64,000 nucleotides of DNA from the human T2T-CHM13v2.0 reference genome, Homo sapiens, in the NCBI RefSeq assembly GCF_009914755.1, contig NC_060935.1; one strand, given 5' to 3'. This document shows positions 55,784 to 64,000 of this stretch, piece after piece; the first letter of the stretch is position 1; every line of letters begins with the position of its first letter. A program made the position numbers and the translations under genes. The notes beneath the pieces were generated by a model, which was not told where the DNA came from, made no database searches, and saw only the letters and a program-made list of their open reading frames with translations.

Positions 55784-57719
55784 GTACTTGTGCATTGTGA
55801 ACATCCTAACATTCTTTTCCTGTGGATGGTAAGGGCAAAAATCCCTTTAACAGGAAACGGGGGAGGTTGCTGTTTCTGTGGATTTACTGGGAGAGAGATG
55901 ATAATATTCTGGAAGGAAATTTCATTGTTTAAAAAATAAAGTCAGGTTTCTGTTGCATATGACTTAGAGGAGACAATTGCAGAAAACTCTGGAATTGAGG
56001 AAGAGAACCATTCCTGTCCTCCCTGAGGGGAAATCTGGCCCCTTCCCCACCCCATGAACATGGGTGGGGCCCCCAGGCACAGGATTGTGAAGCTCGCAAG
56101 TGCCCACCCCGCTCGCTGGTGAAGCTGTGTCCGGGAAGATGAGCAGAGACTGTGCTCTGCTAATCTCTCCCCGATGAGCCTGAAAAAGTACCAGGCAAAG
56201 ACACCTGCCGCCTTTCTCCTTTGCCTTGGGGGTGAAGGTGGCCTCGCCAGCCCTGCAGGGACTCCCATCCTTTCTTGCAGCCACCTTCTCAGTGGTGGGA
56301 ACCATGGGCAGCTGAAGTCCTGCAGGCGGGCAGCCCCCTCGCCAGGGCAGCATGGTGCCATGGGGCGGCCGGAGACCAAGCATCCCGTTTCTCTTTCCTG
56401 CAGCCGTTGCTTCATTTATAAATGGGCGCGTTGGGACAAGATGGACTGGTTGTGCCTTTCCGTTCTGAGATTCTAGTTCATCTGTTTTCTAAAATCCTGG
56501 CAAAAGCAGATCACTCTGGAAATTCTTGCCATGCTTTGGGCATTGACAGAAGGTTCCAGGGGCACTGTTAGTCCTGCTACACCCCTTGGCAGACGGTTCT
56601 TCCCCAAGAGACAAAGTCGCACCTAGAAATTTGAGAGCACGCTGCCCTGATTGGTCCCTCACTGTCACATTGGATTTGGACTTGAGACCCAGCCAGGCTG
56701 GAGGGAGAGGAGCCAGATGGGACATTCTCAAGCTGCGAAGGGGTTTTGTCCAGTCCTGATTCAGGGCGCTAGAGTCCCAACATGGCACCTGAGAAAAAGT
56801 GAATTGGGTGTCCTCAGTTCAGACCCCTGGGCACAGCTTATGGTTGTTTGATTTAAAATAATCTCTCAGTTGCTCTGTGGCCTATGTGTAATTGTATTAC
56901 TATTTCTGTGGAAAAGGAATCACTTCTTTTTATACATAGTTTGAAAAAAAAAAAAAAACCTTAAAATTTTATATTTTACCACTGCAGTTACAAGAATTGT
57001 CTTGTTAGGGTTTACAGATGTGCCATTGTTCTGTATAACAGAGAAAACCTTCCAGTCTTCAAGGGCTGAGGGAGAAGGTGGCTGCCCACTTGCAGAGCTG
57101 CCTGATAGAGGAAAAGGTGGCATTTTATATTCCTGTTTTCTTCCAAGTAGAGAGTAAAGCAATTCTCCAATAAACTACTTGAAACATTTATTAAATTGTA
57201 AGTCTGAATTAGGAAAATTATTGTTATGGTTTCAGTAAGCACTTGAAATCAAAATGGGTGCACTTTTTAAAAATGTGTGATAAAATACACATACCATGAG
57301 ATTTACCATTAGTAACATTTAGTATATTTATAATACATAATCCAAAATGGTGCTTTTATTTTTGGTTGGAAACTATCATCATATGATTGAACAGAACAGG
57401 AATATGTTCTTAATGAATAAATAAGTGCACACACGACTTTTTTATTTTCCAGAAAATTTTCTCACTCAAGGTGAAGCCAAATAGTATTTCCAGTATATTT
57501 CTGACGTCAGGTGACGGCAGTGTTAGAACCCCGAGGTGAAATTTCTTTTACTCCTGTGGTTGTCAGTCAGGCTTATGGATCATGAAGGATTGGCTGGTCC
57601 TGCAGCCTCGTCCTCCTGGGTTGCCTAGAATCTCGGTAGTTTTGGCCAAAGGGCTCATCTGCTGGCCTCTGTGGATGGCGCCCTGAGGCCTCCGTAACCC
57701 TCCCCGGCTGCTCTTTCAG

Positions 57720-57806
57720 ATGTGGAAAGCTTCAGCAGGCCACGCTGTGTCCATCGCCCAGGATGACGCGGGGGCCGATGACTGGGAGACCGACCCTGAT
57801 TTTGTG
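57720..57806 (+). CDS. CTTN: Cortactin first coding exon, [29 protein letters not shown] (NTA domain, DDW Arp2/3-binding motif)
   Basis: ATG is the first codon after the ttcag acceptor; gtagga donor; cortactin N-terminus. Confidence 0.97.
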
Positions 57807-57939
57807 GTAGGAGCCGCCAGCCTTTGCTTTCCTCTTTCATGAAGTGGAAGTGGCTCTCCTGGGTTTTTCTTTGATGGGGTGGTGGTTTGTCTGTGTCACA
57901 ATCCAGGCTGTGAGATTTACTGGTCGCTTTTCTTTTCAG

Positions 57940-58013
57940 AATGATGTGAGTGAGAAGGAGCAAAGATGGGGTGCCAAGACGGTGCAGGGCTCCGGGCACC
58001 AGGAGCATATCAA
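57940..58013 (+). CDS. CTTN: Cortactin exon, [25 protein letters not shown]
   Basis: ttttcag acceptor and gtaaga donor; in frame. Confidence 0.96.
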
Positions 58014-58807
58014 GTAAGAGGCGTCGCCACCACCCTCCCGAGGGCCCCTCTGCGGATGGAGCCCCAGGTGCAACAGGGCCCATGGTCATCTGTGGAGGGA
58101 CAGCCCGTGTGGAAACTGCATTTATCTTCTTGACCTGATACCCATGCAGTAAATGAATATAAGACACACACATATATGTGTATTTGTGTAATGTGTGTGT
58201 TTATATGTGTATATTTAGATACTTCTGTGCTCAGTAATTTTTAAATTCCCATTGCAAACAATTTCCGTATTTATAATTTTAGAGTGTCCGCTTCTCAGTA
58301 TTGTGGCTTTTATCAGGGAACATTTGTCCCTAAGCTCTACCTTACAAGCGAGAGGTTTCTAAAGTATGAGATGTCTGAATAACTGAGACCTTAAATGCCC
58401 TGTCCCTTTTTTTATTATCTGGAAATGATTATGTGTTAATAGTGAGGTACTGTGAGCTTTGTGTTCTTATCGAAAGCCCAGAGTTGGGCACTGAGTGAAC
58501 CCTGTCATTGTTTCTCACTTGGCACTATCTAAAATGCCAGCTCTTGGGGCAGTTTTTTTTTTCGTCAGAAAGTGTAGATAAAAGGAACTTTTAAAATATG
58601 CTCAGACTTTTATTTTAGGCCACGCTGGGTTCAGAGTGGATCCTCCTTTCCCTGGCTGTGAAGGCAGCACCACTGACCCGGTGACCGCCTCAGTATCCCG
58701 GGAAGACTGTCCCGCTTGACCACGGTCCCTTCAGCTGAGAAAGATTTAGTCCTTCCTCCAGAAAAGAAGGCACAGCCTGCACAATGGCTTTTTATTTTGT
58801 TGTTAAA

Positions 58808-59122
58808 GATTTATTTATTTATTTATTTATTTATTTTGAGACAGGGTCTCACTCTGTCACCCAGGCTGGAGTGCAGTGGTGCAATCATAGCTCACTGCAG
58901 CTTTGACTTCCTGGGTTCAAGCGATCCTCTCACCTCAGCTTCCTGAGTAGCTGGAACCATGGGCGCACACCACAATGGCTAGCTAAGTGCTTTTATTTCT
59001 TGTAAAGATGAGGTCTTGCTTTTGTTGCTCAGGCTGGTCTTGAACTCCTGGGCTCAGGTGATTCTCCTGCCTCAGCCTCCCAAAGTGCTGGGATCACAGG
59101 TGTGTGCCGCCGCACCTGGCCC
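58808..59122 (-). mobile_element. AluJ
   Basis: Alu consensus with (ATTT)n tail. Confidence 0.88.
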
Positions 59123-60252
59123 CCAGTGGCTTTTTATACACAAGTTTTAGTCCCTCTCTGGCTTGCTCAGCACACTCCCTTCCACAGAAGCAGCTTCGGA
59201 ACTCCGGTGGCCGTGCGGCTGCCCAGGACAAGAGACTGGAATGGGGCTGACTTGGGAGTCCACTGTAGCCTTGGGTATTTGCTATGGCGTTAAGCAGACT
59301 CCTGAATTCGTTGAGTCATCATACCTCTTCTCATCTCTTCTGTTCCCTGTGGCTTCAAAACATGTCTCGGAGGGTGGCTTGGAGAAAAAACAACTCTCCA
59401 GTACAAAACCCTTGGGCTGGTTAGGATTCAGAGAGGAACACATGGGGAATAAGCCCATTCTTCATGCTCTGGGGCCTTCCCAGGTTTTAGGAGTGGTGTC
59501 TTTCTTTCTCCTGCTCATAAGGGTATTGGGCGGTTTCCAAGCCTGGTTTGTATTTCATCTTCAATTCTAGGATTGTCGTCCAGATGTCAAAGGTGGCGTC
59601 CTGGTGTCTCCTGGGCAGAAAGTCCGAATGCCAAAGTGGCCTTCTTATCACTCTGGGGTCTCTCAATGACAGCTGTGTCTGGCCTACCAGATTTGAGCAA
59701 ACCTTGTCATCTGTTTCATTATCTGCTGTATTAAAATTTTTTAATGGCATTTAGATGTTAAATTCTGAAACGCTTTCCTCTCATCTTTGAATGTATAAAA
59801 AAGCTGGAGTACTTCAAGTACAGACGAATCATCTGAATGTTCAGCACCACTGGACTTCTGCCAGTGGCCGAGGAAGGGACCATAGCCTCGTGTTTCCCCC
59901 TCTACCTCTGGATGATTACAGACTAGCTTTCCTATTTTCTGCGTGTGAAATAAAGGTCAGGCTTCAGTAGAGCCATCTTTAGCGGGGATTTGGGATGATC
60001 CCAGTGTCTGCCTTCAGATTCGTGTTCTGTCTCCCACAGAGCATGCGTCTGATACTGCAGACTGCCGAAGTGGGTGTACCAGCCGGCAGAATAGTCAGGA
60101 AGGCACAGTGCAGGGAGAGAATCGGTGAACATCAGATAAGCAGATTTACAAATTTACAAAGATAATGTCACCTGTTCTTATTTATCATACCAGGAGGCAA
60201 AGCTGCACGTCTGTTTTATTGATCTGTTCCTATTTTCATCTCTTCCATCAAG

Positions 60253-60382
60253 CATACACAAGCTGAGGGAGAATGTCTTTCAAGAGCATCAGACCCTTAA
60301 GGAGAAGGAACTTGAAACAGGACCAAAAGCTTCCCATGGCTATGGAGGGAAATTTGGTGTGGAACAAGACCGAATGGATAAG
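60253..60382 (+). CDS. CTTN: Cortactin exon, [43 protein letters not shown] (start of the first cortactin repeat)
   Basis: caag acceptor and gtaagt donor; GYGGKFGV repeat motif. Confidence 0.96.
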
Positions 60383-61567
60383 GTAAGTGGCCCGCGGCTG
60401 CCTATGCCAGGCTCCTGGTGTGCTTGGACCACTAGACTGGGTGGCAGAGTCGTCCCTCAGTCTTTCCTTAGATCAGCAGTTTTGAGTCCATCTGCTGAGG
60501 TTGCGATTTGCCCGGAGTAGACCCCTGTTGATTGGACTTACTCATGAAGTACTCTAGCTTTCTTCAAAGCTCTTTAGGAATCCTCAGAGGTGCTGGAGCA
60601 CGGGTGTTAGTGGGGAGGCCCAGAGAGGGAGATTGGCCCTCAGAGGCAGCCTTGTGATAGGACAGAAGTCCAGAAGCATCCTGGCTCTAGGTGTCATCAC
60701 TGTCAATGCCTGTGGTTCCAGTCTGTAGCCTAAGTCATGCCAGTCCGAAGACCAAAGTCAAATCTGTAGGTCCCCATGGTTCACAGCACACACGGAATCC
60801 AGCCAAAGGCCTGGCTAACATCCTTCATGCGTTCAGTGACCATCAGAGCAGTCTCCCTCGTGTAAATTCGGCGCGTACCAGGCTGGGGACAGTGCTCACT
60901 CTATTCGAGAGGTCTGGGCAAGCCTCCCAGCAGCTGTCATTGATGGGATGCAGACTGCCACGCAGACGTTGATTGAGGACGTTGGCCAAATGCATCCGGC
61001 TGCACCCGTGCTTTAGGTCCTCTCTACCTTAAGAAAGGGAGCCACGTTAGCTCAGGAGGGCTACCTTTTCCTTCCTGGAGAGAAGATGGAAGAGATCGCA
61101 GTGTGTTTGCATGTTTCTTCAGTAAAACAGACATCCTGGAGGTGAACTTTTGAGTCTGAGCAACATAAGCTTGTTCTGACCTGACAGATGCTTGCCTTTA
61201 CTCTGTGGAAAGAAGTGTGTTAGCCAGTGTCGGATTCCAGCCGGTAATTCCATACCCCTCTCCCACCTCATGCACCAGCCAGATGAACATTTGAGCTGGG
61301 CACGGGATGATGTTGCCGTGTCACAGTGAGCTGCACCTTGCTCTGTCCCCCGCAGAGTAGATGATGTGGTGGGCCGGCAGGGCACCCCAAACCACGACCA
61401 TAAATAGCCTGGGGGAGGAGTGGGGTGAGGGACCTTCTGCAGGAAAGAGACATGGATGTTGCTGCGTCACTACCACAGAGATGCCCTGACACCGAGAAGA
61501 GCAATGTGTGCAGAATCATCATCTTTGGAGTCTAAAAAAAGTCTGGTAGCTTTTAGGAGTGTAAACA

Positions 61568-61907
61568 GGCAGACGGACCCCTGAGTTCAGTGCAGCGAGC
61601 GAAGCAAGTGCACACGGACAGACGGAATCCATGTGTTCAGTGCAGCGAGCGAAGCGTGTGCACACGGACAGACGGAATCCATGTGTTCAGTGCAGCGAGC
61701 GAAGCGTGTGCACACGGACAGACGGAATCCATGTGTTCAGTGCAGCGAGCGAAGCGTGTGCACACGGACAGACGGAATCCATGTGTTCAGTGCAGCGAGC
61801 GAAGCGTGTGCACACGGACAGACGGAATCCGTGTTCAGTGCAGCGAGCGAAGCGTGTGCACACGGACAGACGGAATCCATGTGTTCAGTGCAGTGAACGA
61901 AGCAAGT
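61568..61907. repeat. 50-bp minisatellite, about 6.5 copies, CpG-rich
   Basis: Unit ATGTGTTCAGTGCAGCGAGCGAAGCGTGTGCACACGGACAGACGGAATCC recurs at 61631, 61681, 61731 and 61781; one copy is 48 bp. Confidence 0.97.
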
Positions 61908-62567
61908 AGATAGGAGCCTTTCCCACTGCAGACTGAGGCGAGCCCTGTGCTTAGGGGGCTTGTGGGGAGTTAGCGCAGAGAGACATTTATTCTAAAAATG
62001 GGGCTCCCTGCTGTGGGTTGGGAAAATTACATATTGGGGAAAAGAAAGGCAACGTGTCAGGAGAGCCTGGTAGGGAAGCTGCTGTGGCTTCTCTGCTGCT
62101 GCTCGGCCTGCACCTTTTTTCAGCGCGAATCTCGCTCACCCTAGAACCTGCAGCTCAGGCCTTCCCGAGTGCCAGGAGCTCCCTGGAAGAGCCCTCACTT
62201 CCCTCTCTCCTGTGCGGTCTCCACAGCAGCCTCTGCTTCCCTCATGAGCTGTCCTTGCCTCATCCTGCTGTCCTTCCCAGGGAGACTCCCCTCCGGGCTG
62301 GGCTTTTCAAGGGTCGGGACTTGTCATCCTCACCTTGTGCCTGGCTCAGTGCCACGTGCCCCCCCCTTAGGCCAGTGCTCTCATGGAACCAAGGAGGCTT
62401 ATGGAGCCTTGCTCTCACCTCTCAGCCGGCAAGTTGGAGAGCTGTCCTAGCAGGGCGAGTCCAGCAAGGGATGCTGCTGCTGCTCAGTCCCAGCTGGCAT
62501 CGGGGCCAGGTTAGCGCTCAGCTCAGGTCAGCACCATGGGACAGATACGTTGTCAAAAATAACTCAG

Positions 62568-62858
<291 letters not shown>

Positions 62859-64000
62859 TTAAACTCAGATTCCAAACCGAAGGGGAAACGGCTTAAGTTA
62901 TTTGTAACTTGCCCACTCCAGAAACTAAAAAAAAAATAAAAAATTGAAATCTCTGCGTTAAGACTTGAGGAATATGTGCTAGAGACTTCCAGAACAAAAG
63001 AAGACATTGAGGACAAGCACACGCGAGAGGAGCCTGGACGGGCTGTCAGGATTCTGTTTATGCTGGGGCCTGAGCACACTGCACCTTTCCCTTGCGGCCA
63101 GCGGTGGCTGCATCCATCACGCGGGGCAGGCTTCCTTCTTGATCCCTTGTCTCCTTGCATCCCGTAGCCCTGAGTCTACATATTCAGGCTTCAAGATACA
63201 ATCTCCCCAGCGTGATTGTTTAATAACAGATTTTGTCAATGTGAAATCGAAGGCAATTTTGGAGATGAATCCCTTTCAATCAAAAAGCTGGAAACTTTGC
63301 CTAGTTGTCATTCTGGGCATGTCTTTAGATCAGTTTTCCTGTAACTTCCTTCTGATGAAAACTCATGCTGGGGAATCCCTTTGGCACGTCTGCCTCTGCC
63401 ACTCCTTCATCTCTGTTTTCTGGGTGAGACCCCGGAGGACACGGATGGGCAGTCTCTGCCACAGAGGGTTTGGAGGTGATGGCTCATGTGGAAAGAGAGT
63501 CAGCTGCCAACCTCAAAACAAACGTGGGAAGAAGAGGGCGCAGCACAGGCCCAAGGCTTAGGGCAAGACCTGCTTTTTCAATAGGGGAAATAGTGGACAC
63601 TCTCTGAGTTGCCTGCTGCGTCAGCACCGGTGTGGGATGCTGCTTGGGTTAGCAGGTTAGCATGAGTGGCTCCACATGCTAGAGGGAGTGAGAAGAGGGG
63701 TCCCGATGTGCCGTGGACTTTCTCCACGCCCTCTGCTGGGCCATGTGCCCGCACTGTCTGTGAAGGAGTCCTTGACCCGGCTCTGCTGTGAGGAGGGAGC
63801 CTCAGAACCCTGGGGCCTCGGTGTCAGGACTGGAGCAGGGCCAGTGCTTTGAGGTAGGAGATCTTTTCCACTTTGTGGACCAGAGGGTCTCTCAATAGAA
63901 CTGCCGAACGGAGTTGCTGAATCACACAAGCAGCTGTGGACAGCACACCTGTGAATGGCTGTGGCTGTGTCCCAGAGGCGTTATTTACAGAAGAGCTGGG

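Noticed and set aside
61590-61913. Cys-rich repeat ORFs resembling zinc fingers
   Set aside because: Translations of the 50-bp minisatellite; the unit is not a multiple of 3, so the frame cycles.

Overview
Human (primate) genomic DNA, recognisable as the 11q13.3 PPFIA1-CTTN region. Bases 1-~34.8 kb hold the 3' part of PPFIA1 (liprin-alpha1, + strand): the C-terminal SAM-domain exons, two alternative C-termini and the 3' UTR. An Alu/LTR-dense gap of about 14 kb follows. The CTTN (cortactin) CpG-island promoter and its first five exons occupy ~48.5-60.4 kb. The most notable observations are: (1) two frame-preserving cassette exons (63 nt and a 27-nt microexon) in the SAM1-SAM2 linker of PPFIA1, missing from the canonical protein as I recall it and flanked by RBFOX/SRRM4/QKI-type motifs; (2) a ~5.7 kb 27-bp VNTR in the same intron, amplified from an L1 endonuclease coding segment and containing a near-perfect 1,376-bp higher-order duplication; (3) a mirror-symmetric bidirectional CTTN promoter; (4) a CTTN uORF; (5) nested LTR and Alu structures. 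Gene identities and repeat subfamilies come from recalled sequences, not database searches, and repeat boundaries are approximate. I cannot claim a wholly new biological system; the best candidate is the regulated linker-exon module together with the adjacent VNTR.
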